A stretch of DNA of 64,000 nucleotides, taken from contig JAHQWK010000001.1 of NCBI GenBank assembly GCA_029856145.1, positions 585,474 through 649,473 on the forward strand, read 5' to 3'. A program made the translations under genes and the position numbers. This stretch comes from Promethearchaeia archaeon (GTDB taxonomy: Archaea; Asgardarchaeota; Lokiarchaeia; Sigyniarchaeales; SOKP01). Positions 10,345 through 21,040 of this stretch are shown in pieces (positions within the stretch are counted from its first letter, which is position 1; every line of letters begins with the position of its first letter). Under the pieces are notes generated by a model that saw only the letters and a list, made by a program, of their open reading frames with translations, did no database searches and was not told where the DNA came from.

Positions 10345-10962
10345 TTATTCTCCTAATTCTTTAATCTCTAAATATTTTTCTTTTGAGCCATCAGCTTTAA
10401 TAATCAAAATATCAATACCATTTCCCGTCATGGCATCCCGAGCGATTGAGTTTCTGATTGCTTTTTCTACCAGCTTTTCACCAGCAGTCACAGTCATATC
10501 TTTCTTATAATCCGCTTCCAAAATACCAATTGAAAGTAACATACCTGTTCCAGCAGTTCCATAATCATCTTCCATAAGTGAACCAAGTGCATCAAGTGTG
10601 TATAGTTTTGGCCCATCTGCATCCATTCCAGCTATAATAAGATTTGTATATAAAGGGGCCATTTTCCTCGAATATAAGTAGTTAGACACTAATTTTCCCA
10701 TACTTCTAGTAGAAATTCTCTCACCTGTTTCTAGCTCATACAAGTTTGCTTGTGCCCGGAGAATCCGTACTAATATCTGAAAATCACCTATGAGCCCGTA
10801 ACATGTTAAACCAATATAATCGGTAATCTTAAAGACTTTTTGGGTCGATTTATTAGTGACTGTGTAACCCCATGTAGCTCTTCTATCATTTCCAAGCACA
10901 ACACCATCTTTACATTTGATTGCTACACCCACTGCGCCTGGAACCATTATTTCTTGCGACAT
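10345..10962 (-). CDS. psmB: proteasome beta subunit (lacks catalytic Thr1)
   Basis: KCKDGVVLGNDRRAT, KVFKI, LYTLDALGS, GTG, RDAMTGNG; PGAVGV replaces GTTTVG. Confidence 0.92.
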   Translation of the reverse strand: MSQEIMVPGAVGVAIKCKDGVVLGNDRRATWGYTVTNKSTQKVFKITDYIGLTCYGLIGDFQILVRILRAQANLYELETGERISTRSMGKLVSNYLYSRKMAPLYTNLIIAGMDADGPKLYTLDALGSLMEDDYGTAGTGMLLSIGILEADYKKDMTVTAGEKLVEKAIRNSIARDAMTGNGIDILIIKADGSKEKYLEIKELGE

Positions 10963-11766
10963 TTTTTTTTCTCTTTTTAGGATTTATTACTCAAATTAGG
11001 CACTATTTTGATAATATAAATAATCAGATTTAATTAAAATTTTTCTTTTAAATTATAATATTTTACCATTATTCTCTAAAAATTAAAGTTTTTTATTCCC
11101 ATGATAAATTTATGATTTTTAATATTTCAATCAGCATTATAATCTCTAGATTGAGATTAATTTTTCTTTCTTAATTCAATTATGGCTAAATTGATATGAT
11201 CGGATAATTAATAATATGTCATAACATGAGGATTATTTTTTTTAATAAGAAATTTTATAATTCTTCATTAAATCTCAATAAACCCTATATTAAAGAAGGT
11301 TTATTCAATATCGATATCAGAATAATTTTGATTCTATAAAAATTAATGCATCTTTTTCGAATGGTTGACTATTATATGATCACATAATTGTTGACATCAA
11401 CATTTGTTGCGGATCACTTTTATCAATTATATATTTATTAATTCGCCACTAAGTCATAGCGAAACTAAGATAAAAAGTAAATTTATCAAATTTAATATTT
11501 GAATAATGGTGATAATAAAAAAAACATTTCATATCTTCACTATGATCAACAGTCCGATGATCATAGATGATGACTATTTTTTTATAATAAAAATTTTTTG
11601 TCGTAAATTTTTTTTCATTTAACTCATGAAACTCTTCTGATTTGCCATAACATTTAAATAACTCTTCAGATATTATATTATCTAAGACACTTTACTAATA
11701 ACTTCAAAAAAAATTAAAAACTTAAATTTTTAAAAATTTTAGTAAAAAATATTGGAGGAATAAAAA

Positions 11767-11985
11767 ATGGCTAAAAAGAAACATTCTTTCGCATGGAGTC
11801 CAATTCGCCGATTAATGAAACAACAGGGTGCCAGTATAGTAGCTCGAAATGCAGTTGATTTATTAATTGATCATTTAGAAAAAACTGCTACTGCTTTAAC
11901 CGAACAAGCAAGGACATTTACCATGCACGCAAACAGGAAGAAAATCACTAAAAATGATCTTCTTCTATCAATTAAATACAAATAA
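11767..11985 (+). CDS. archaeal histone (HMf-like fold)
   Basis: PIRRLMKQQGA.IV...A...HANRKKITKND (R-T-D clamp); GGAGG SD. Confidence 0.95.
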   Translation: MAKKKHSFAWSPIRRLMKQQGASIVARNAVDLLIDHLEKTATALTEQARTFTMHANRKKITKNDLLLSIKYK

Positions 11986-12332
11986 AAAGATTTTTTGGGC
12001 TAAAAACAAATTATAATTCTTTACTTTTTTTTCTTTTTTATTTTTCATAGCTATAAAGAGATTGATAGATTAAATTTTAATTACACCCGTTCTTAGATTT
12101 TCACGGGATGATTCATAACTTAATCATTTTCAATTACTTCAATTAATTCCTTGTAGATCAAAATCTTAAAATTAAAAATCACGAGAAATTAATCAACATA
12201 TCAGAAAAACAAAGCAGTCAGAGAATTAAAATTTTAATTCTAATTATCATATAGAATTATAAGACAAAAATTAAAAGAATTATAATAAAAAATATTTAAG
12301 AAAAAATCAATCATTTTTGTAGGAGATACTAG

Positions 12333-13988
12333 ATGGGAAGGAGATCTTGGATTCATCTTATAAAATCAAAAGAGGAAGCCTTCAGAATAAGAGAATTCAT
12401 TGAAAAGAGTAAATATTATATATTTATAGTCTGTGGTGCTTTAATTGAAGATTCGCTTAAAGATGTTTGGGGTAATAAATATGGTATTGATGGTATGATA
12501 ACTCCTGCATTATTAACACAATCAGATGGAAGCTCAGTAATTGAGGAGATGATTAAACAAGAAATAATATATGGGAGTAGAACTGTTGTACTAGATAATT
12601 TAATTTCAGAAGAAATTGAAGTAACTGAACACGGGTGGAAAATTAGAAAAGCACGTTATATGTCATCTCAAGAATTTTTTGATTATATAGATAAAGAGAT
12701 GGTGCCTAAAATTTCCAAATTGAGGAAACGTGAGGATCTTACCTCATTAGATATTAAAAAACAGATAATTTATTCGCTAAAACATGGTGATCATCATAGA
12801 TTACATCATTTAATTTTATATAAACTCCTTAGATTCTTAGATTTAGAAGATTTTGAAGAATTATGGAATAAATACAATTTAAAATTAGTTCGGCTTTTTG
12901 CTAAGGATATAAGAATACTTAGAGGTGAATTTTTCCAAGATATTACCTTTCCAGATAAATTCTCTGAATTTCTACAACAAAAAATTATTGAAATTATCAT
13001 TAAAGGAGAAAACGAGCAAATAGAAGATTTGATTTGGCTTAAATTATATCAATTTTTGGATGTTAAAGATTTAAAGACCTTACCAGAAGATAAACTCCTT
13101 AATTTTATTGAATTATTTTATACAACTATTAATAAAGTTAGATATGTAGATTACGTTATTGAAGAGATTGAAATATTTACTAAAAAAGTCGGGAATTCCC
13201 TATCTCCTTATTTTAGAAAACTTATTAAACACATAATTAAATCAAAGGATACAAATAGCATTTTAAACCTCATTCTTAATCGTTGGACTTACATGCTTAA
13301 CAAACAAAGTCTGATGGATCTTTTAAGGGATTCAGAATTAGACTTTTTTAACATTCTAATTAAAACAACGCAGGATTTAGGTGATTATTACGGATTTAAT
13401 AAAGAAATTGATGATACTATATTTGAGTATATTTTAGAGATAGTAACCCCTTCAGAAGCGGAAGCTCTGAAAGATTTAAAATCTTTGATTAAAGAAGGAT
13501 TTATTATTATGTATAAAAGAGATATAGATAAAGAAATAAATAGTATAGTGAAAAAAGATAATCACATAGTAAGTATAACCATTCAGGATAGTCAACTGGA
13601 AAAAGTTCCAGAGTCAATTGGAATGCTTGAATATCTTAAAGAGTTTGTAATAGAAAAAGCAAAAATAACTCATCTCCCTGAATCGATTGGTAATTTGAGA
13701 TCACTTAAAACTCTTGAAATACATTCATGTGGATTGAAAACAATTCCAAACTCTATAGGTAATTTGAAATCACTTGAGGAATTGTATTTAAATGGCAATA
13801 ATCTAGCAATACTTCCAGATTCAATTGGAAATCTACAATCTTTAAAAATTTTAGATTTATATGGAAATAATTTGAAGACACTCCCCTTATCAATTGGAAA
13901 TATTACATCTATAAATAAAATCAATATAGGAGAAAATCCTAATTTGATCTTGCCAAAGAGTCTGAATCAATTTAATATTAAAAAATAA
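12333..13988 (+). CDS. leucine-rich-repeat protein (C-terminal LRRs)
   Basis: About six 23-aa LP.SIGNL.SL..L.L..N.L repeats; AGGAG SD. Confidence 0.9.
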   Translation: MGRRSWIHLIKSKEEAFRIREFIEKSKYYIFIVCGALIEDSLKDVWGNKYGIDGMITPALLTQSDGSSVIEEMIKQEIIYGSRTVVLDNLISEEIEVTEHGWKIRKARYMSSQEFFDYIDKEMVPKISKLRKREDLTSLDIKKQIIYSLKHGDHHRLHHLILYKLLRFLDLEDFEELWNKYNLKLVRLFAKDIRILRGEFFQDITFPDKFSEFLQQKIIEIIIKGENEQIEDLIWLKLYQFLDVKDLKTLPEDKLLNFIELFYTTINKVRYVDYVIEEIEIFTKKVGNSLSPYFRKLIKHIIKSKDTNSILNLILNRWTYMLNKQSLMDLLRDSELDFFNILIKTTQDLGDYYGFNKEIDDTIFEYILEIVTPSEAEALKDLKSLIKEGFIIMYKRDIDKEINSIVKKDNHIVSITIQDSQLEKVPESIGMLEYLKEFVIEKAKITHLPESIGNLRSLKTLEIHSCGLKTIPNSIGNLKSLEELYLNGNNLAILPDSIGNLQSLKILDLYGNNLKTLPLSIGNITSINKINIGENPNLILPKSLNQFNIKK

Positions 13989-14282
13989 TGTATTTTAGAT
14001 TAGTAAAACGACAAAAGAATTCAAAAATATTAAAAATTAATATATAAAATTTTACTTAAATATTAATAAAGACAATTCTAAAATCTGTTCTCAAATTATT
14101 AGATTAGAAGTTCACAACGATGCTATTTGCTATTTCTTATTTTTCACTGATAAGAGTTTAATATTTCTATCTTCCATTAAGTATTCTAGTGTATTCTTCC
14201 ACATCTTCAATTTTTCTTTGACAGATAATATATCGTTTAATGTATAATATTTGTTTGAAAAGCGTTTTAACAATGCTGTAGT

Positions 14283-14336
14283 AATCGTAAGAAAATAACT
14301 AAAAACGACTTGCTTTTGTCAATTAAATACAAATAA
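14283..14336 (+). pseudogene. 3' remnant of a second histone gene
   Basis: Encodes NRKKITKNDLLLSIKYK*, identical to the histone C-terminus, with only synonymous codon differences; similar downstream T-rich tract; in-frame stop just upstream and no start. Confidence 0.8.
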
Positions 14337-14472
14337 AGAAATTTTTTAGACTAGAATAAACTTTATAATTTTTTTTCTTTTTTTTTTTCTTTTTTCTAAT
14401 AACTTTATCTAATACTATTGCAGTTCCCTTAAGACTTCCGACTAATTCAAATAATTTCTTTAAGTTCGTATC

Positions 14473-14601
14473 TTATGGATAATCAAATTTTATTTTGTAG
14501 AATCTATCCTCAATAATTCCTCCACATTGTCTCGCGATCCTAGTAGCCTCGGGTACATTTTGACCTGATGACCTAGAATTACAACAAAATTCAATAATCA
14601 T
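14473..14601 (-). pseudogene. short ORF or decayed gene (MIIEFCCNSRSSGQNVPEATRIARQCGGIIEDRFYKIKFDYP*)
   Basis: Strong GAGGTGA SD before ATG; protein-like sequence continues past the TAA after a frameshift (KKLFELVGSLKGTAIVLD). Confidence 0.45.
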
Positions 14602-14849
14602 GATTTCACCTCTAATAATCAATTTTAGCTTTTAAAATAAACTTGATTTTATATTCATCACTCCAGAACTTTAAATACCTTTAAATATTTTCCTCAATAC
14701 AATGGTATACATTTCCAATTTTGACCTTTAAATAGGCAAAATGAATGAAATCTAATATTAAATGGAAAAGATGAAAAAAAAATTAAATTTAATTAAAGTA
14801 GAGAAATTACTTTTTGGATTTACAGAATAAAAAAGTGGGTAATGACAAA

Positions 14850-16271
14850 ATGATTAAAAATAACAAAAAGGTTATTATATTAAGCGCGATATTTCTCCCA
14901 TTTATGATTTGCGCAATCAGTGGTAGGCTAGTTCAATCTAATAATGCTAATTTGGAAGAAGTTAATGAAATTAATAATGAATTTAAAATAAAAATAGCTA
15001 GTGGATATACTCCTATTTATATCCATATAGATGCCAGTGTTAATGATAATTGGTCAAACACCGCTAGTAATTGTGATTGGTGTTATGAAAAAGATGGAGT
15101 TTATTACATTGAAAATTGTTCTATCGATGCTTCACTTTCTCCTACTGGAAGTGGAATCTTTATTAATAATTCCAAATATGTGAAATTCATAATCCAAAAT
15201 TGCAGTGTTTATAATGCTGGTTCTGATCATCTTGATGCAGGGATTAAATTAGAAAATACATGCAATGGAACTTTAATAAATAATGACTGTTCAAATAACA
15301 ATTTTGGAGGATTTCTTTTAAATAATGGATGTAAAAATAACACCATCTCATGGAATACAGCAAATAACAATCATGCCGTTGGTATTTATAGCTTTGATCA
15401 TTGTAACAACAATACTATTGACTTTAATATTGTTAGGGAAAATGATGATGTGGGTATTGTTTTAGAAGAGTATTGCAATAATAACACAATTTTTAGCAAT
15501 ATTGCTAAAGATAACGGAGATTTTGGTGGTATTTATTTAGAGGATTATTGTAATGACAACACAATTTATAATAATACTGTTGGTAATGATCTAACTACAG
15601 ATCAAAATTTTGGAATTTATTTGTACTGGAATTGTGATAAAAATTTAATCATGAATAACACGGCAAGTAATAATTATTGGTACGGGATAAGCTTTGAAAT
15701 GGCTTGTGATAACAACATACTTATCAGTAACACTGCTAACAATAATGGTCGATATGGTATATATATAGAAAGGTGGTGTGATTATAACAATATAACAAAT
15801 TGTGAAATACGATACAATACCATAGGTTTATTGTTGGAGACTGGATGTAATAATAATACGTTCTTTAATAATAAAATCATAAATAATTCACAATTTGGGG
15901 CTGTTATAGAAAATTATACTGATGAATGCATGTATAATCTTTTTTACAGGAATATTTTTAATAATCCCCTCGGGATTAATGCTATAGATAATTGTTCTAA
16001 TAATCGTTGGGATAACGGAATAATAGGAAATCTATGGCATGATTATAATGGTAAGGATGAAAATAATGATGGGATAGGAGATACACCATATAATGGAATT
16101 GGAGGAACAGGGGGTGCTCAAGATAGATTTCCAATATGGGATGATGGTGTAGAGATTAATCCATTCCCGATTGAATTAATTATTATCATATCAAGTATTA
16201 TTATAATTGCTGGTACAACATTATCAATTGGGTTTATATTTTGGAAGAGATCAATAAAGAGAAAATTATAA
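14850..16271 (+). CDS. cell-surface parallel beta-helix (NosD/CASH-like) protein with C-terminal TM anchor
   Basis: Signal-like N-terminus; repeated GI.L...C.NN.I..N; GNLW.DY.G.DENNDGIGDTPY; C-terminal TM plus basic tail. Confidence 0.88.
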   Translation: MIKNNKKVIILSAIFLPFMICAISGRLVQSNNANLEEVNEINNEFKIKIASGYTPIYIHIDASVNDNWSNTASNCDWCYEKDGVYYIENCSIDASLSPTGSGIFINNSKYVKFIIQNCSVYNAGSDHLDAGIKLENTCNGTLINNDCSNNNFGGFLLNNGCKNNTISWNTANNNHAVGIYSFDHCNNNTIDFNIVRENDDVGIVLEEYCNNNTIFSNIAKDNGDFGGIYLEDYCNDNTIYNNTVGNDLTTDQNFGIYLYWNCDKNLIMNNTASNNYWYGISFEMACDNNILISNTANNNGRYGIYIERWCDYNNITNCEIRYNTIGLLLETGCNNNTFFNNKIINNSQFGAVIENYTDECMYNLFYRNIFNNPLGINAIDNCSNNRWDNGIIGNLWHDYNGKDENNDGIGDTPYNGIGGTGGAQDRFPIWDDGVEINPFPIELIIIISSIIIIAGTTLSIGFIFWKRSIKRKL

Positions 16272-16414
16272 AATAAAATTATTTTTTTCTTTTTTTTAAT
16301 TATATAATTTAATTTCGTTTTAAATTGATTTACTTCTAATATTTTGAAAAATTGGAAAACTTTTAAATACTATGTAGAACTAACAACTAGAATAAATCTT
16401 AGAGGACGACAGAC

Positions 16415-18418
16415 ATGGCTTATTTCAAGAATATAGTATTGGTCAAGGCGGAAGGAAATTATTTTGATGCTAGCTTTTTTGAAGCAAACATTCCTCTTTG
16501 TTATCTTAGCGCAGTCATAAAAGATCACGTGAATTCTGTTACAATGCCTATGGATATGCGTATAGATCTTAGACCATTTGAAAAATATGAAAATCATTTA
16601 GTAAAAATGGAAAAAGGAGGTGGGAAATGTGATCTTGTAGGAATTTCAACTATGACAGCATCATTTCCCAACGCAATAATACTTGCTAGAATAGCAAAAA
16701 AACATGGTGCTTATGTTGTTGTGGGAGGTTATCATCCTTCTGCTCTTCCTGAAGCAATGTTTAATGTCCCAGAAATTGATGCTGTTGTTCGTGGAGAAGG
16801 AGAAATGACTTTAAAAGAACTTGTTCTAAACGGTCCTTCAACCTTCGTTAAAGGATTGAGCTTTAGGGATGAAAATGGGATTATTTGTCATAATCAGGAC
16901 CGTGAAAGGATAATGCATCTCGACTCGTTACCATTTCCAGATAGGAATTTGCGTCCAGAGAACCCTATCTTTAATAAACACGAAGTCGTAGTTACATCAC
17001 GCGGTTGTAATGGTACTTGTACATTTTGTGCAAATGATGCTGTACACGGTCGATGGCGAGGTCGTTCCCCAGAAAATGTTGTTGCAGAATTGAAAATGCT
17101 ACAAAAAAAACACCCAGACTTATCTACAGTCCATATATGGGACGCAAATTTTATGCAAGACAGCGAGAGAGTCGCTAAAATCATTAATCTCATCAAAGAA
17201 AACAAAATTTACTTCAAATATTTCTGTGAAATGCGCGTAGATCACATAACTAAACACCCCGATTTAATCAAAAGATTAGCAGAAATAGGAATGGAGTGGA
17301 TAGCAATTGGTATTGAAAGTCCGTATCAAGAGCGTTTGAAAAAATTAAAAAAAGGGATTACTACTTTTGCCGTGGAAAAGGCTATCGAAATATTGAAGGA
17401 GAACAAAATTAAAATTGTAGGATATTTAATGATAGGCGATCCGGACGAGACAATGGAGCAAGTGAAGGAGTATCCCGTATATGCAACGAGAGTTGGCATA
17501 GATAAGATCATGTTAGCCATACAGACACCACATCCAGGAAGCTTATTGTTTAAGGAGATGGCTAAGGAAGGAGCCATAACGTCATATCAATGGGAGAAAT
17601 ACGATATAGGTCATTCAGTAGCAAAATTGAAAAATATGACGAATCATGAATGTGAGGTTCTCATGGATTGGTGTTGGGGAAAATATTATAGCCCTGAATG
17701 GGCGTTTTCCCGAGAGAGATCGCTAAAAGAAGCATTTTTTCGATATTTGTCCTTTGTTTGGATTGGTTATCCTGGTTTTTTTATTCACGCACGTTCTAGA
17801 GAGACTGTTGAAGAAAATTTAAGAGCATATATCTCAGCAATGCAAGGTTATTATGATTTAAGCAAGTATGAATATACAGATGCAGATTATCTCGATGATC
17901 TAAGGGGGTATAATTTTCAATTGACTTTTCGTTTCAGTAATGGAGATGATATTTCTTTGTTAGCTTCAATAGATAAAAACAGCAAGCTAGTGATTGAAAT
18001 ATTTAATGGAAAAAGAAAAGATGTATTTCTCGATTTTACACTTAATTCAAGTGATTTCATTGATATTCTTAAATCCTTACCCTTACAAATTATTTCGCTC
18101 GTACATTGGGCGGGGTTTAATTTTAACAACTTGAAAGCAAACATTCATGTCTTTAAGACTTTCTTGTCTATGGTTGCAAAAGCAGTTCGATTGAACACGA
18201 TAAATTATAAAAAATTAACAAAATATTTAGTTGTAGGAACAAAATTTCTTCCTAAAAAATTATATGAACTAATCAGAGAAGAAATTCCAATTTTCAACAA
18301 TAAAAAGAAAAGTGAAGTATATGAAGATAATTACATGAAAGCTATAACAAACTCGGTTAGAAATGTTTTATATAAAGTAATACTGTTCCCTTTCACAATT
18401 CTCGTTCCTGTTGACTGA
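16415..18418 (+). CDS. B12-binding radical SAM protein
   Basis: VVGGYHPS, VRGEGE, TSRGCNGTCTFC, GIES. Confidence 0.92.
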   Translation: MAYFKNIVLVKAEGNYFDASFFEANIPLCYLSAVIKDHVNSVTMPMDMRIDLRPFEKYENHLVKMEKGGGKCDLVGISTMTASFPNAIILARIAKKHGAYVVVGGYHPSALPEAMFNVPEIDAVVRGEGEMTLKELVLNGPSTFVKGLSFRDENGIICHNQDRERIMHLDSLPFPDRNLRPENPIFNKHEVVVTSRGCNGTCTFCANDAVHGRWRGRSPENVVAELKMLQKKHPDLSTVHIWDANFMQDSERVAKIINLIKENKIYFKYFCEMRVDHITKHPDLIKRLAEIGMEWIAIGIESPYQERLKKLKKGITTFAVEKAIEILKENKIKIVGYLMIGDPDETMEQVKEYPVYATRVGIDKIMLAIQTPHPGSLLFKEMAKEGAITSYQWEKYDIGHSVAKLKNMTNHECEVLMDWCWGKYYSPEWAFSRERSLKEAFFRYLSFVWIGYPGFFIHARSRETVEENLRAYISAMQGYYDLSKYEYTDADYLDDLRGYNFQLTFRFSNGDDISLLASIDKNSKLVIEIFNGKRKDVFLDFTLNSSDFIDILKSLPLQIISLVHWAGFNFNNLKANIHVFKTFLSMVAKAVRLNTINYKKLTKYLVVGTKFLPKKLYELIREEIPIFNNKKKSEVYEDNYMKAITNSVRNVLYKVILFPFTILVPVD

Positions 18419-18685
18419 TAATAGATTTAAGCTTTCTTTTTTATTCTCTACCTTTTATAATTTCAAAATGTAATAAGTGTGCTGAATATATCGTTGATGG
18501 TGATAATTACAAAGAGAGAACCTTAATCATTGAAAGAAAAGCTCGAGGATGTGGATTTAGAGTCGAAAAAATTGAAACAAAGAATTCTTATCACCTAAAA
18601 TTTTATGGTGATATACAAGATCATGTTGATGGTTTTGTTGAATTATGTTATAAGGATAATTACAATCTTTAATTTTAAGTTTTAA

Positions 18686-19246
18686 TTATTCAGTTTGAAG
18701 TCGTTCTCCCAATTTATAATAATTGAAGTCACCTCCAGTAGTCCAAATAATTGGATGTATCTTCCTCCAATCGAGCTTGACGTTATCCTCTTCCTTAATA
18801 GTGTATTGTTGATTTACATAAGATTTAATTACCTTACCAATAATTCCTTCACCATCGCCATAGTCGAGGATTTCATGTACTTCACATTCTATATTTACTG
18901 GACATTCACGAATCATTGGGGCTGTTTTTAATTCTCCGTAAAAATTATCAAAGAGGGAACTTTTATCAATATCCCGTCCAGATTTACTTCCACAAATATT
19001 TGTTTTTTCCACGAGATCCTCTGAAGGGATATTTACACTAAAGGTCATATTCTCATGAATTCCGATTGTAGTATAGCGTGTTGGAGATAAACTGAAGAAA
19101 ATATACTTGCCAAAATCAAATGGACAGCTATACCCAATTACCAGATAATTAGGCTTATTATATACATTTGCTCCTACCAAAATCACTGGTAGTGGACTGA
19201 GAAGATTTCCTTCAACAATTTGTTTATTTAAATTTACTTCTTTCAT
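18686..19246 (-). CDS. flavin reductase-like (flavoredoxin) protein
   Basis: P.PVILVG, FSVNIPS, CGSKSGRDIDK, APMIRECPVNIEC. Confidence 0.9.
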   Translation of the reverse strand: MKEVNLNKQIVEGNLLSPLPVILVGANVYNKPNYLVIGYSCPFDFGKYIFFSLSPTRYTTIGIHENMTFSVNIPSEDLVEKTNICGSKSGRDIDKSSLFDNFYGELKTAPMIRECPVNIECEVHEILDYGDGEGIIGKVIKSYVNQQYTIKEEDNVKLDWRKIHPIIWTTGGDFNYYKLGERLQTE

Positions 19247-19259
19247 TTTTGATTATTTT

Positions 19260-19919
19260 TTATAGTTTTTTTACAATATAGTCAAGGATACAGGTACGTC
19301 CTGTATTGAAATAATTTCCTTGCATGATATGCCTTTTTTCTTTATAAATTATCTCAAAATCTTTACAATATTTGTCAGGTTCATCATCATCATAAAAACT
19401 ATGAAGAAACTTTCCATTACCTTCTATAGTTATAACTTCACCTGGGTTTTGTTCTATTCCATTACCATAATGATTATCGTCCTTCGAAAGGAAGTTTATA
19501 TAACAAAGTCCCTCTTTTTTCAGCACTCTATACATTTCTTTGATGGCAATTCCACTATCAATCTTATTTAAATGAAAAATAGAATTATAAGAAAATACAA
19601 AACTAAAAAAATTAGACTCAAATGGTATTTTTCTCATATCAGCTTTAATAATTTTTAGTTTTATTCCATTTTCTTCACAATACTCATTAGAATAGTTAAT
19701 AGAATCTTCCGAAATATCAATTCCATAAGTTTCAAATCCATTCTCATGAAAAAATGCAAGCTTAGGATTTGAACCACCAGCTCCACAATCTAAAATTTTT
19801 TTTTCTAAAGGCACTGAATTCGTGAATCTAAGGAAATTATACAATGAAGAGGGATAAAAATTCTGGATCATTTTCCATAAATACCTCATATCTGTTAGTT
19901 TTTTAATAATATTTTTCAT
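19260..19919 (-). CDS. class I SAM-dependent methyltransferase
   Basis: ILDCGAGG, GIDIS, ADMRKIPF, EMYRVLK. Confidence 0.9.
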   Translation of the reverse strand: MKNIIKKLTDMRYLWKMIQNFYPSSLYNFLRFTNSVPLEKKILDCGAGGSNPKLAFFHENGFETYGIDISEDSINYSNEYCEENGIKLKIIKADMRKIPFESNFFSFVFSYNSIFHLNKIDSGIAIKEMYRVLKKEGLCYINFLSKDDNHYGNGIEQNPGEVITIEGNGKFLHSFYDDDEPDKYCKDFEIIYKEKRHIMQGNYFNTGRTCILDYIVKKL

Positions 19920-20497
19920 GAAGTTTTATACTTTTTACCAATCTCAAATGCGGGGGCAAGTTTTTCGCCAACTTTCCAATAATTGTTCAGTGAATATGTA
20001 TAGGTTTTTAGTTTAGCAATGTCTGGTATCCCTTCTGTTAAATATTCCTCATCTGCATAAGCATTTACTACTTTTCCGATAAAAATTTCATGACCTTCCT
20101 CGATCTCCACTAATTCCTTTATCTTAAAGCTTTTAACCAACTCACATTCAAGATTTAGAGGTGAGAGACTAACCATTGGTGCTGTTTTAAGATCCCCGTA
20201 AAAAACATCAAATACTTCTGATTTATCTATTTCTTTTCCTGAAACTATGCCACAATAATCAATCATTTCTGCCAAATCTTCTGAGGGTGTATTAACGCTA
20301 AATGTTTCATTTTCCTTAATACCAATATTAGTATAATGAGTTTCGTAAGAAGCTATTGAAATTAATGGTGGTTGACTTTCGACAATGCCGACATATGCAA
20401 GTGTCTCAAAATTCGGTTTTTCATTCACATTTGCCCCGATAAGAGCAACTGGCATAGGAAATAAATAAGCTCTTGGAGGAATTTTATTTTTCTTCAT
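19916..20497 (-). CDS. flavin reductase-like (flavoredoxin) protein, paralog of 18686..19246
   Basis: PMPVALIG, FSVNTPS, CGIVSGKEIDK, PLNLEC, HEIFIG. Confidence 0.9.
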   Translation of the reverse strand: MKKNKIPPRAYLFPMPVALIGANVNEKPNFETLAYVGIVESQPPLISIASYETHYTNIGIKENETFSVNTPSEDLAEMIDYCGIVSGKEIDKSEVFDVFYGDLKTAPMVSLSPLNLECELVKSFKIKELVEIEEGHEIFIGKVVNAYADEEYLTEGIPDIAKLKTYTYSLNNYWKVGEKLAPAFEIGKKYKTS

Positions 20498-20639
20498 TAT
20501 ATCACACTTTTAAGATCTATGTATAGAATAGGATTTGATAACATAAATAGATGAAATTCTTGAACTTAGAACGAACTTTAAACTTATTTTCTAATTTTAA
20601 ACTATAATTTATCACTGAATTGGAATATAAAATGAAATG

Positions 20640-21002
20640 TTAGCCACAACAACCAGTATTTGAATTATCTTCACTGGTTGGTCCACAGCCACATGAATTT
20701 TCAATCGCTTTACCTTTTTTTGCATTTTTAGCTACACCTCTCGCATTCCACAAACATCCACACCCTTTTCGTTCATTCAAGATAATTGCTTGAGTTGGGC
20801 AATTTCTCTTACAAGCACTGCATTCTGTACATAGCTCAGGTCTTGGTATTTCATATTTTCCAGAACTATGGGGTTGTGGAAGTCCAAATGGGCACACTTC
20901 AGCACATAGACCACAGCCATTACACACATCTTTATCAATAAAGATTAAAATATCTTTAACAAATTCAGTAAAATCAAATGATTCAAAATTTGTTTCTGTC
21001 AT
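20640..21002 (-). CDS. hgcB: 2[4Fe-4S] ferredoxin, HgcB-like
   Basis: CNGCGLCAEVCP and CTECSACKRNCP; GCGC; Cys-rich tail ending GCCG; directly downstream of the hgcA-like gene; GAGGT SD. Confidence 0.7.
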   Translation of the reverse strand: MTETNFESFDFTEFVKDILIFIDKDVCNGCGLCAEVCPFGLPQPHSSGKYEIPRPELCTECSACKRNCPTQAIILNERKGCGCLWNARGVAKNAKKGKAIENSCGCGPTSEDNSNTGCCG

Positions 21003-21040
21003 TTTACTTACCTCCTATTTATGTACATCTTTTATTTTTT

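Noticed and set aside
11567-11640. Possible C/D-box sRNA (ATGATGA...CTGA)
   Set aside because: The interior is almost all A/T runs, with no plausible guide, internal boxes or terminal stem.
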